From an uncultured Anaerolineae bacterium (GTDB taxonomy: Bacteria > Chloroflexota > Anaerolineae > Aggregatilineales > UBA3940), in the NCBI GenBank assembly GCA_964603985.1, contig CAZRXG010000008.1:10531-74530 (forward strand): DNA of 64,000 nt, written 5' to 3'. This document shows, in pieces, positions 39,499 to 48,006 of the stretch; the stretch's first letter is position 1; each line of letters starts with the position of its first letter. Both the position numbers and the translations under genes were made by a program. Below the pieces are notes generated by a model. The model was not told the DNA's origin and did not search any database. It saw only the letters and a program-made list of their open reading frames with translations.

Positions 39499-39534
39499 GG
39501 GACCTCCACTCCCTGAAATATGCCTGAGCCGGAT

Positions 39535-40224
39535 TCAGTCGCGCGGGATCTCCGCCAGCACGGGCAGCCCCAGCTCCTCGACCTCGGCCCGCCGGTGCAC
39601 GGTCGGGTCGAGGTACTCGACCAGGAAAGCCAGCGCCACGCCCGCCGCCAGACCCAGCCCGAAGCGCACCAGCGGCTCGAAGCGGACGCTGATGGGGGGC
39701 GGCACCGGCGCGATGACCGGCTCGTCCAGCACCACCACGTCGACGCCCCGCGTGCCGAACTGGGGGAAGTACTCGGCGCTGCGTTCTTGCAGGACGGTTG
39801 TAGCCGCGCGGGCGATGGCTTCCAGTTGCCCGGCGTCGTGCCAGCTCAGGTAAAGCACCATCACACTGCGCTCGTTGTCGGCTGCGATGCCGCCCTGGAT
39901 CGCCCCCGCCGGGATGTCGATCTCCTGGGCGGCCAGCGCGGCGCTGATCTCCTCGGCGAAGCTGCTGGTGCGCACCCAGTCGGTCAGGCCGTTGATCACG
40001 TACTCGGAGGCCAGCCAGGGATAGTAGTGGCTGTCCTCGTAGCCGAACAGCCCGCTGATCTTGCCGGGAGCCTGGGCTGCCGTGTAGCGGATCTGGGTGG
40101 TGAAGCCCGCGCGGGGCGGCGCTTTCAGGTAGCCGTAGGTGGCGAACGCCAGCGCAGCCAGGGCAGGCAGCGCGATCAGCCACCACCGCCGCCGGACGAT
40201 TTTCCACAATGCGCGTAGTTCCAT
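39535..40224 (-). CDS. Wzz/CpsC-like chain-length determinant protein (copy 1)
   Basis: The architecture is the same as 38833-39498, with tail LGLPVLAEIP. The start was placed at ATG 40224 (MELRALWKIV). Confidence 0.8.
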   Translation of the reverse strand: MELRALWKIVRRRWWLIALPALAALAFATYGYLKAPPRAGFTTQIRYTAAQAPGKISGLFGYEDSHYYPWLASEYVINGLTDWVRTSSFAEEISAALAAQEIDIPAGAIQGGIAADNERSVMVLYLSWHDAGQLEAIARAATTVLQERSAEYFPQFGTRGVDVVVLDEPVIAPVPPPISVRFEPLVRFGLGLAAGVALAFLVEYLDPTVHRRAEVEELGLPVLAEIPRD

Positions 40225-40282
40225 CGTGTTCCCTCTAACCTGTTTCGCGGGAGGCGCGAGCCTGTACCCGTCCTTTGCCGTC

Positions 40283-41377
40283 TCACCCCACCCGCCGCTC
40301 ATCGTACCGCGCCTCGACGAAAGCCGCCAACTCACGTTTGAAGACCGCCGTGTCGAAGCGCCCGGCGTTGGCGCGGCAGCGCTCCGGGCTGAAGGTGTGC
40401 TGCTCGAAGCGCCCCAAAGCCTCGCACAGGCTGTCGACGGTCTGCCGGTCGAAGAAAAGCCCCGTCTCCCCGTCGATCACCGTGTCGAGTGCGCCGCCGC
40501 CGCGAAACGCCACGACCGGGCGGCCCGCCGCCTGCGCCTCGACGGGCGCGATGCCGAAGTCCTCCAGGCCGGGGAAGAGGAACGCCTTGCAGCGCGCCAT
40601 CAGATCCGGCAGGTCTTCGTCCGGCACGCGCCCCAGAAACTCGACCGTCGGCCCGGCCATCGACTCCAGCAGATCGCGGTCGCGTCCCGACCCGGCGACG
40701 AGCAGGGGCAGGTCGAGCCGGGTGCAGGCTTTGACGGCCAGATCGACCCGTTTGTACGGGATCAGGCGCGAGACGACCAGGTAGTAGTCGTCGTGGCGAC
40801 CGGCGGGCCGGTAGCGTGTCGTCTCGACCGGTGGATAAATGATAACCGACCGGCGGTCGTAATATTGTTCGATTCGCCCCTGAATCTCCGACGATATGGC
40901 GATAAAGTGATCGACGCGCTGGGCGGCGCGGTAATCCCAGCCGCGCAGCCCGCCGACGAGCGGTCTGAGCATCATCGCGACCGGCGCGGCGATGCGCTCC
41001 CGTCGGATGTAGTCCTCGAACTGCCACAGGTAGCGCGTCGGCGCGAGGCAGTAGCAGACGTGCAGCGCGCCGCCGGTCTGGACGCCGTGACAGAAGCCGC
41101 TCTTGTTGGTCAGGACGACCTCGTAGTCGGCGAGGTTCAGCCGGGCGAAGGCCAACGGATAGAGCGGCAGGTAGGGCTGGTGGTGGGCGTGGATGCCCGG
41201 CAGGCGATCCATCCACGTCGTGCGGATGTCCCAGGCGCGGTAGGCGTCGGGCATACGGTCGGCGGCGTACATCGAGGTGTACACCGGCGCGCCGGGGTAG
41301 AGCTTGACCAGCGTCTCCAGCACGTTCTCCGCGCCGCCGAGCTGGTTCAGCCAGTCATGGACGAGGGCTATCTTCAT
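40283..41377 (-). CDS. Glycosyltransferase family 4
   Basis: GT-B fold signatures with the C-terminal E(x7)E region (FPGLEDFGIAPVEAQAAGRPVV). Confidence 0.88.
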   Translation of the reverse strand: MKIALVHDWLNQLGGAENVLETLVKLYPGAPVYTSMYAADRMPDAYRAWDIRTTWMDRLPGIHAHHQPYLPLYPLAFARLNLADYEVVLTNKSGFCHGVQTGGALHVCYCLAPTRYLWQFEDYIRRERIAAPVAMMLRPLVGGLRGWDYRAAQRVDHFIAISSEIQGRIEQYYDRRSVIIYPPVETTRYRPAGRHDDYYLVVSRLIPYKRVDLAVKACTRLDLPLLVAGSGRDRDLLESMAGPTVEFLGRVPDEDLPDLMARCKAFLFPGLEDFGIAPVEAQAAGRPVVAFRGGGALDTVIDGETGLFFDRQTVDSLCEALGRFEQHTFSPERCRANAGRFDTAVFKRELAAFVEARYDERRVG

Positions 41378-42032
41378 AGATCATCTGGTTGGTGATCAGC
41401 CGCTCACGCACCGGCCAGAACGTCCGGCGGTGGATGGGGCAGGGGCCAAGCTCGTCCAGCGCCGCCCGGTGCTGGGGCGTGCCGTATCCCTTGTGGCGCG
41501 CGAACCCGTAGTCCGGGTAGGTCGTGCTCTGCGTGAGCATGTGCCGGTCGCGTGTCACCTTGGCGATGATGCTCGCCGCCGCGATGCTGATCGACTTCAG
41601 CTCACCCTTGACGAGCGGCTGCTGCTCCAGGTCGACATCGGGCAGCCGCATGTAACCGCCGTCGATCAGCAGCGCCTGCGGCGTGAGAGACAGGGCCTCC
41701 AGCGCGCGGCGCATTGCCAGCTTGCTGGCCGGGACGACGCGTATCTCGTCAACCTCCTCGGCGGACGCCACGCCGACGCCCACCGCCACCGCCACCGATT
41801 GGACCAGGTCGTACAGTTTGTCCCGCTGGAGCGCGGTGCACAGCTTGCTGTCGCGCACGCCGTCCAGCTCGTCGAGCAGGTTGGCGTGGTCGAGGGGGAG
41901 AATCACCGCCCCGGCGGTCACCGGCCCGGCCCACGCGCCGCGCCCCGACTCATCCAGGCCCGCGACGAGTGCCAGGCCCTGGGCGAGGAACTCCTTCTCG
42001 TAGCACAGCAGGTCGACGGGGGCGTCGCTCAC
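41355..42032 (-). CDS. rnhB: Ribonuclease HII
   Basis: Motifs GLDESGRGAWAGPV and DSK are present. 225 aa. It overlaps both flanking glycosyltransferase genes. Confidence 0.92.
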   Translation of the reverse strand: MSDAPVDLLCYEKEFLAQGLALVAGLDESGRGAWAGPVTAGAVILPLDHANLLDELDGVRDSKLCTALQRDKLYDLVQSVAVAVGVGVASAEEVDEIRVVPASKLAMRRALEALSLTPQALLIDGGYMRLPDVDLEQQPLVKGELKSISIAAASIIAKVTRDRHMLTQSTTYPDYGFARHKGYGTPQHRAALDELGPCPIHRRTFWPVRERLITNQMIYEDSPRP

Positions 42033-42775
42033 GATTCGCCCCTGTCGTACAGGCCGCGCCAGCCGTTGATGCGGGCGCGCATCACCTCGACGAACATGTT
42101 GACCGCGTCACGGAGGGGGTGGATGCGACTCTGCGGGCGATAGTACCACGTGATCGGCACCTCGGTGAGCCGGTGGCCGCGCCGCAGCGCGATGAACAGC
42201 ACCTCGACATCGAAGCCCCAACCGTCAATCGTCTGCAAGGGAAAAACCTCGTGAGCCACCTCCCGCCGGAAGGACTTGAACCCGCACTGCGTATCGTGGA
42301 TCTTGGGGATGGCCAGCACGCGCACGATGAAGTTGAAGACGCGTCCCATCAGGTGGCGGTATTCCGGCTCATCGACGCGGCGCGCGCCGGGCGCTTCGCG
42401 GCTGGCGATGGCGACATCGTAGCCGTCCAGGTGGGGCGGCAGAAACTTGCCGATTTCCTCGATGGGCATCGAGAGGTCGGCGTCGCAGATGAACAGGTAA
42501 TCGCCCCGCCCGGCCAGCATCCCCTTCTTGACGGCTGCGCCCTTGCCCTGGCGCGGCTCGTGGATCACGCGCGTGTAGGGGTGCGCCGCCGCGAACTCCT
42601 GCGCGATGTGAGGCGTCGCGTCGCTGCTGTTGTTGTTGACAACGATCACCTCGACGCTGTAATCCTGCTGCTCAACAAACGCCGCGATTTGCGCCAGGCT
42701 GTCGCCCAGGCGCTTCTCTTCGTTGTAGGCCGGGATGATAATTGAAAGAAGCGGCATTCTTTCCGGATCGGTCAT
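42029..42775 (-). CDS. Glycosyltransferase family 2 (polyprenyl-phosphate sugar transferase-like)
   Basis: The N-terminus LSIIIPAYNEE and a DAD motif (ICDADLS) are present. 248 aa. Confidence 0.88.
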   Translation of the reverse strand: MTDPERMPLLSIIIPAYNEEKRLGDSLAQIAAFVEQQDYSVEVIVVNNNSSDATPHIAQEFAAAHPYTRVIHEPRQGKGAAVKKGMLAGRGDYLFICDADLSMPIEEIGKFLPPHLDGYDVAIASREAPGARRVDEPEYRHLMGRVFNFIVRVLAIPKIHDTQCGFKSFRREVAHEVFPLQTIDGWGFDVEVLFIALRRGHRLTEVPITWYYRPQSRIHPLRDAVNMFVEVMRARINGWRGLYDRGES

Positions 42776-42923
42776 GTATGGTAGCCTCGCTCATTTTGTC
42801 GTTTTCTGGCAGCGACCGGCCAATCGGAACCGGCCAGGGTATGGCAGCCCTCGCGGCGCGCCCGGTCGCGGTCGTAGGATACCGCCTGACGCGCAACCTG
42901 CCAACGATTCGCCGCCTCCGGCA

Positions 42924-43532
42924 TCACAGCACGCCCCTGCTTGCGAGTTCGGCGGCCAACTGCCGCGCGCTCTCAAACCGGATGCCCGGTATGCCGACCG
43001 ACCCGGCAACCCGGACGTTGGCCGGGCTGTCGTCGATGAACAGGCAGTCCTCCGGCGCTGCCGGGAGGGCATCCAGCACGGCCCGGAACGTGGCCGGGTT
43101 CTCTTTGGTGCTTCCCAGGTCGAAGGAGAAGAAGATGTGCCCGAACAGGTCAAAGAAGGTGTGGATGGTTCTGATGTAGGCCACCCATTCCCGCCCGTGA
43201 TCGGAGAGCAGCACCACATTGTAGCGGCGCGCCAGATCCGCCAGGATGGCGAGCGCCCCGTTCACCTCGTGGTGGAAATTGGCCCGGATCACGGCCTTCA
43301 GGCGTGTCACGTCGGTGGGCCACCCTTCGCGGCGGATGAGCTGCTCCAGATAGGCTCGCTCGGAGGTGCGGCCCTCGAAGAACGCGTCCAGCCCGGCCCC
43401 ACCCATGCTCGGCCAGATGGACTCCTCCGGCACGCCCAGCTCCGGCCCCAGCACCTTCTCGATGCCGGCCAGGCCGGAGATCAGCGTCTCAGACAGGTCG
43501 AAGATGACATGACGGACGCCCTCGGCGCTCAC
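42924..43532 (-). CDS. HAD-superfamily hydrolase
   Basis: The HAD motif I is VIFDLSETL and the C-terminal motif is FIDDSPANV. GTG 43532 overlaps the upstream TGA by 4 nt (GTGA). The longer ORF extending to 43895 is an Arg/Gly-rich extension and was rejected. Confidence 0.8.
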   Translation of the reverse strand: MSAEGVRHVIFDLSETLISGLAGIEKVLGPELGVPEESIWPSMGGAGLDAFFEGRTSERAYLEQLIRREGWPTDVTRLKAVIRANFHHEVNGALAILADLARRYNVVLLSDHGREWVAYIRTIHTFFDLFGHIFFSFDLGSTKENPATFRAVLDALPAAPEDCLFIDDSPANVRVAGSVGIPGIRFESARQLAAELASRGVL

Positions 43533-44503
43533 GTCCCACCCCCACCCGACCCGGTCCGCGCCAGGATCGACTCGACGTACTCCAGCGACGCCGTCCGCCC
43601 GGCCTGGATCGGCCTGCGTTTTCTGAGTGCGCGCGGCAGCGTCAGCAGACCGGCCAGCATGCCCCGCAGTCGCGCGCGGGCTGCCCGGCCGCGCCACGCC
43701 TTGAGCGCCTCCCACGCCCGCCGGGCCTGCGCCCCGACGACCTGCGGCCAGTACCGGCGCAGGAGCGGGCCGGGGTAATTCTTGGCGATCACCCACAGCG
43801 TATTGCGCCCGTCGTAGTAGCTGGCCGTCGCGCCGCCGCCGGTCGCCGCCAGGCGGTGGTACACGACCGCCTGCGGCGCGTAGACCGTCTTCCACCCGGC
43901 CAACTGCGCCCGCCAGCCGAGGTCAATGTCCTCGCACGAGAAGAAGAAATCGTCGTCCAGCAGCCCGATCTGCTCCAGCATCTCCCGCCGGTAGGCCGCT
44001 GCCCCGCCGCACGCGCTGAAGACGTACTCCTCGCGGTTGTAGGCTTCGCCGTCCGGCTGCCACACACCCCGGTTGCCGGGCAGACCGTCCACGCCGTAGT
44101 AGTCCCCGGCGGTATGTAGAATGTTGCGCCGGTCGAAGAGCAGCATCTTGCTGGCGACGCTCCCCGCCTCCGGGTGGCGCTCGAACGCGGCGACTACCTG
44201 GGCGACCCAGTCGAGCGCGGCCTCGGTGTCGTTGTTCAGCAGGATCACGATCTCGCCGTGTGCGGCCTCGATCCCGGCGTTGCACGCGCCGGTGAAGCCC
44301 CGGTTTTCCGGCAGCTCGACCAGCCGCACCGCCGGGTAGTCGCGCCGCAGAAGCGCCTGCGAGCCGTCGGTCGAGGCGTTGTCGGCGACGATCACCTCAA
44401 GGTCGGGGTAAGTCTGCCGCCGCAGCGCGTCCAGGCAGGTCGGCAGGTGGTCGATCCCGTTCCAGTTGGGGATGACCACCGACACCGGTGGTCGATCACT
44501 CAC
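43529..44503 (-). CDS. Glycosyltransferase family 2
   Basis: Motifs VSVVIPNWNG, NNDTE and CEDIDLGWR are present. 324 aa. Confidence 0.9.
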   Translation of the reverse strand: MSDRPPVSVVIPNWNGIDHLPTCLDALRRQTYPDLEVIVADNASTDGSQALLRRDYPAVRLVELPENRGFTGACNAGIEAAHGEIVILLNNDTEAALDWVAQVVAAFERHPEAGSVASKMLLFDRRNILHTAGDYYGVDGLPGNRGVWQPDGEAYNREEYVFSACGGAAAYRREMLEQIGLLDDDFFFSCEDIDLGWRAQLAGWKTVYAPQAVVYHRLAATGGGATASYYDGRNTLWVIAKNYPGPLLRRYWPQVVGAQARRAWEALKAWRGRAARARLRGMLAGLLTLPRALRKRRPIQAGRTASLEYVESILARTGSGGGGT

Positions 44504-45347
44504 CGCCCAACTCCCCTTCGTGCGCGGCGATGTAGTCGGCCAGCGCTTCCTCCCAGGGGCGCATCACCACCCCGGCTGCCGCCGCGAAGACGTTGGCCAG
44601 CGGCGCGTAGGGCGGCGGCGTCGAGGCGCGCTCAAACGCGTCGGAGGTGATCGGCTCGACCGGCATGTCGATGCCTGCCAGGCGCAGGATCGCCCTGGCG
44701 AACTCGTAGCGCGAGCACGCACCGGCGTTCGTCAGGTGGTAGATGCCGGGCCTGCCGGTTGCGATCAGGCGGGCCAGCCCGTCGGCCAGGTCGAGGGCGT
44801 AGGTGGGCGAGCCAACCTCGTCGGTGACCACGCGCAGAGGCTCTCCCGACCGGGCGCGGGCGATGATCTTGTGGATGAAGTTCGTGCCGCCGGGCGCGTA
44901 CAGCCACGCCGTGCGCACGATCATGTAGCGCGGCGCAAAGCGCTCGATGACCTGCTCGGCCACGAACTTGGAATAGCCGTAGGGGTTGACCGGGTTGCGC
45001 CGGTCGTATTCCTGGTAGGGGCGGTCGGACTGGCCGTCGAACACCTCGTTGGTGCTGATCGCCACCAGCAGCGCATCGACCTCCTGGCAGGCCAGCGCGA
45101 CGTTGTACGTCCCCACCCCGTTAACGTGCACCGCTTCCAGCGGGTGATCGGCGCAGTAATCGACCGCCGTCAGCGCCGCCGCGTGGATGACCACGTCCGG
45201 GCGGAAGGCGCGCAGGCTCTCCAGGGTGGCCTCGGCGTCGGTCATGTCCCATTCGGGCAGGTCGCCGCCCTCAAGCGTGTGATCGCTCAGGCGGGCCTGC
45301 AACGCCCTGCCAAGCTGTCCTTTGTGGCCGGTGATGAAAATCCGCAC
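44496..45347 (-). CDS. rfbD: dTDP-4-dehydrorhamnose reductase
   Basis: The RmlD pattern is ITGHKGQLG...YGYSKFVAEQ. GTG 45347 is preceded by AAGGAG at a 6-nt spacing. Confidence 0.88.
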   Translation of the reverse strand: MRIFITGHKGQLGRALQARLSDHTLEGGDLPEWDMTDAEATLESLRAFRPDVVIHAAALTAVDYCADHPLEAVHVNGVGTYNVALACQEVDALLVAISTNEVFDGQSDRPYQEYDRRNPVNPYGYSKFVAEQVIERFAPRYMIVRTAWLYAPGGTNFIHKIIARARSGEPLRVVTDEVGSPTYALDLADGLARLIATGRPGIYHLTNAGACSRYEFARAILRLAGIDMPVEPITSDAFERASTPPPYAPLANVFAAAAGVVMRPWEEALADYIAAHEGELGGE

Positions 45348-45597
45348 GCGCAACTCCTTGTCAGCACTTAAGGCGACCGGTTCTTTTCGTGGGGCGAGGT
45401 GCTGCCCCGGCGGTCGCCCTCCCGCCAACCGAGGCGAGATTATACCCACAATTCGGCCTGCCGCGAACCGTCGGGCGGGAGACAGATTTTTGTAACGATC
45501 TGCTCTCGGCGGGGGCGAAACATGTGGTATAATCGGGCAAAATAAGCACTCACCTGCCGGGTTCGGCTGTCAGGCCGATCCCGGCAGAGACAATAAG

Positions 45598-45921
45598 GTG
45601 GCCATCGCCGTGAGAAAGAGACCTGCCCCCTGGGAGACAATTGAATCGGACGTTGTGCTGGATAACCTGATCCGCGAGGTGCTCGAAGAACGCGTCGCCG
45701 GGGCCAGACCGCGCAAGAGCCGGGAGGCGTTCCTGACGTTCGTTCGCATCGTCACACGGGGAGGGCAGTGCGCGCCGGTTGACATGCAGGCTATCAGGGC
45801 GCGCCAATACCGTGATGTCGCTCACGTGCACTGCATGGACGATGCCTCCTGGCAGCACAGCCTGAGCCTGGCACAGGCCGTCTTATACCTCACCGGACCG
45901 TGGGGCCGCCTGATATGCTAG
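45598..45921 (+). CDS. Hypothetical protein
   Basis: About 103-107 aa; no family recognised. It is preceded by an extended -10-like TGTGGTATAAT (about 45520-45531) and a leader hairpin, and followed by a hairpin terminator. The start may be GTG 45598 or GTG 45610. Confidence 0.45.
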   Translation: MAIAVRKRPAPWETIESDVVLDNLIREVLEERVAGARPRKSREAFLTFVRIVTRGGQCAPVDMQAIRARQYRDVAHVHCMDDASWQHSLSLAQAVLYLTGPWGRLIC

Positions 45922-45942
45922 GCCGCCTGCCCCTTGCAACTG

Positions 45943-45976
45943 AAATCCGCTGCCGGTTCGACGGGCGGCGGATTTT
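45943..45976 (+). terminator. Hairpin terminator (AAATCCGCTGCC...GGCGGCGGATTT followed by T)
   Basis: A 12-bp stem with one G-U pair and a trailing T-run. It contains the recurrent GCGGATTTT string. Confidence 0.6.
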
Positions 45977-46000
45977 GTGATTCCACGCCGGGAGCGCGCG

Positions 46001-46918
46001 TCAGTCCTCCCGCGCAGCCAGTTGGCGCTTCGCCTGCCAGATGAACACTTCCGGCAGGACAAGCTGCCCGGTGGTACACAGGATGACCCAGAACAGGACC
46101 ACCAACGCAGCGCCGATGATCTGGGCGATGTAATGCGGCTGGCGCGGGAACAGTTCCGGGTACACGCTTTGACTTGAGTAGTGGGGGTCAAAGATCGAGA
46201 GGATGATCAGCGTGATCAGCGCACCGCCCCACAACAACGCCAGCACCCCGGCCAGCCCCGCGCCCAGCCGCGCGCTGAACGCCAGCCAGACCTGCTCCTG
46301 GCGCTGCTTTGACCACGTCGCGGCCAGCGCGCCCAGCGCCGAACTGTACCACAGACGTAGAAACGGCCCCACGATCCAGTAGAGCGGGCCGAACATCAGC
46401 GCCCCAACCATCCAGATGGGGCACGCCCTAAAAGCGCGCCGCAGGTCGGAGAGGTCCACCCAGTCCAGGCGCACGCCGAACAGGTGCACGTAACTCCACA
46501 CCACCGCCAGCACGATCCCCAGCAGCAGGATCAGCCGCACGAGTACCAACGCCAGGGCGAAGACGAACATCCGGCGGCGGGCGATCCAGAGGCGGGGGCG
46601 CAGCCAGCCTCCCTGTCCCCGGGCGGCGACCGTCCCGCCGCTCGCGGTCGCCAACCCCAGGCCCCACGTGCCCAGCAATTGTATGATCGCCAGCATGATC
46701 AGGGTGCGGAGCATCCACTGGTCAGCCAGGTACTCGCGCGGGTTCGTAACCCAGAAAGGCGCGCGCTGGAGCGTGATCAGGTTGAAGAGGGGAAGGAGGC
46801 ACACGGTCAGCAGGAGCGTGGCCGGGATGCAGCCCACCCGCACCAACCGACGGCTGCGGCGGCTGCCGGTGCGTCTGGCGGGGGAGGGGGAATGTACCTG
46901 GGCAGTCTGGCCGGTCAC
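46001..46918 (-). CDS. Hypothetical polytopic membrane protein
   Basis: 305 aa with at least 6 predicted TM helices. No family recognised. Confidence 0.65.
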   Translation of the reverse strand: MTGQTAQVHSPSPARRTGSRRSRRLVRVGCIPATLLLTVCLLPLFNLITLQRAPFWVTNPREYLADQWMLRTLIMLAIIQLLGTWGLGLATASGGTVAARGQGGWLRPRLWIARRRMFVFALALVLVRLILLLGIVLAVVWSYVHLFGVRLDWVDLSDLRRAFRACPIWMVGALMFGPLYWIVGPFLRLWYSSALGALAATWSKQRQEQVWLAFSARLGAGLAGVLALLWGGALITLIILSIFDPHYSSQSVYPELFPRQPHYIAQIIGAALVVLFWVILCTTGQLVLPEVFIWQAKRQLAARED

Positions 46919-46924
46919 GATGGG

Positions 46925-47911
46925 TCACACCTCCAGGTGGCGGGCGCGGCGCTGAATCATGCGCAGCGCCAGCAGGGTGAGGCCGATCTGCAGGGCCAGC
47001 ACTGCCAGAATGTAGACGATGGCAGTTAGGCTGAGCACCCAGGCAATCGCCAGGTCGCTTGGCTCCGGCCTATCGCGGAAGGCCCGCATCGGTGCGGAGT
47101 AAGGCGTCGACCAGTTCATAACCAGCAGGTAGATCAGGAAGTAGATCGCGCCCACGTTGAGCAGAATCGAGGCCACCCAGCCCCCCAGGCGGGCGGCCAG
47201 CCCGGCGGCCACGGCCCGCGAGCGCGAGCGCGCGAGGGCGGAGGCCAGCACCCCCAGCGTGCCGTTCAACACGAACTGGATAACTGGCTGAAGCGCGTAA
47301 AATACCAGGAACGTCACGATGGCGATGGTGATGGGCAGCCACAGCCCTTCGGTCCAGAAATCGTGCCGCTCTCCGGCGTCCATGTAGTAGAACGCGTTGC
47401 GCAGGATATAGGCGATGCCGAACAGGCCGGTCACCAGGCTGATGGTGCGCAGGATGACCAGACCGGTGAAGGGGGCGCGCAACTGGGACAGCGCAGCGGC
47501 CAGCTTGGCGAGGATGATCTCGCGCAGAGGAAGCGTTGTGGTGCGCAGCAGCCGCCAGCTTTGCAGCTCGACTTCGCCGCTGATGGTGGGCGTCGCCTGG
47601 GCGATCACCAGGATATTGACCACCGCCCCGGCGATGGCCTGGATGAACATTATCGCAGCCACCACCAGCCACAGCGTGCCGAGGTAAGCCTCGCCGATGT
47701 CCCAGAAGGGATCGGAGAAGATGATGACTACCATGATCGAGAGGATCACCAGGCCGGTGATGGCAAAGATGACCGGCATGCATCCCAGGCGCAGGGCTAT
47801 CAGGCTGCGGTTCTGGGTCCGGCGTTGGGTCTCCAGGTGGTAGACCGGATGCTCAGGGCGCGCCCAACGGGGCAGGGCGCGCTGGAATTGACGTGCGATT
47901 CTGGCAAACAT
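46925..47911 (-). CDS. Hypothetical polytopic membrane protein (ABC-2-permease-like topology, tentative)
   Basis: 328 aa with at least 6 TM helices. It lies 6 nt upstream of 46001-46918 on the same strand. Confidence 0.65.
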   Translation of the reverse strand: MFARIARQFQRALPRWARPEHPVYHLETQRRTQNRSLIALRLGCMPVIFAITGLVILSIMVVIIFSDPFWDIGEAYLGTLWLVVAAIMFIQAIAGAVVNILVIAQATPTISGEVELQSWRLLRTTTLPLREIILAKLAAALSQLRAPFTGLVILRTISLVTGLFGIAYILRNAFYYMDAGERHDFWTEGLWLPITIAIVTFLVFYALQPVIQFVLNGTLGVLASALARSRSRAVAAGLAARLGGWVASILLNVGAIYFLIYLLVMNWSTPYSAPMRAFRDRPEPSDLAIAWVLSLTAIVYILAVLALQIGLTLLALRMIQRRARHLEV

Positions 47912-48006
47912 CGGGCGTATTGTACACCAAAAGGTGCCCGTTCGGGTAAATGCACAACCAACGACCGGGCCACGACTGCCCCACGCCCGGTGCCGGGTTG
48001 AGGTGT

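Noticed and set aside
42924-43895. The full 323-aa ORF as the HAD gene, and the 21238 start for the second TPR-like gene
   Set aside because: The N-terminal extensions are Arg/Gly/Ala-rich and overlap the preceding genes extensively. Internal GTG starts that overlap the upstream stop codons (43532 and 21337) give proteins that begin at the conserved domain.
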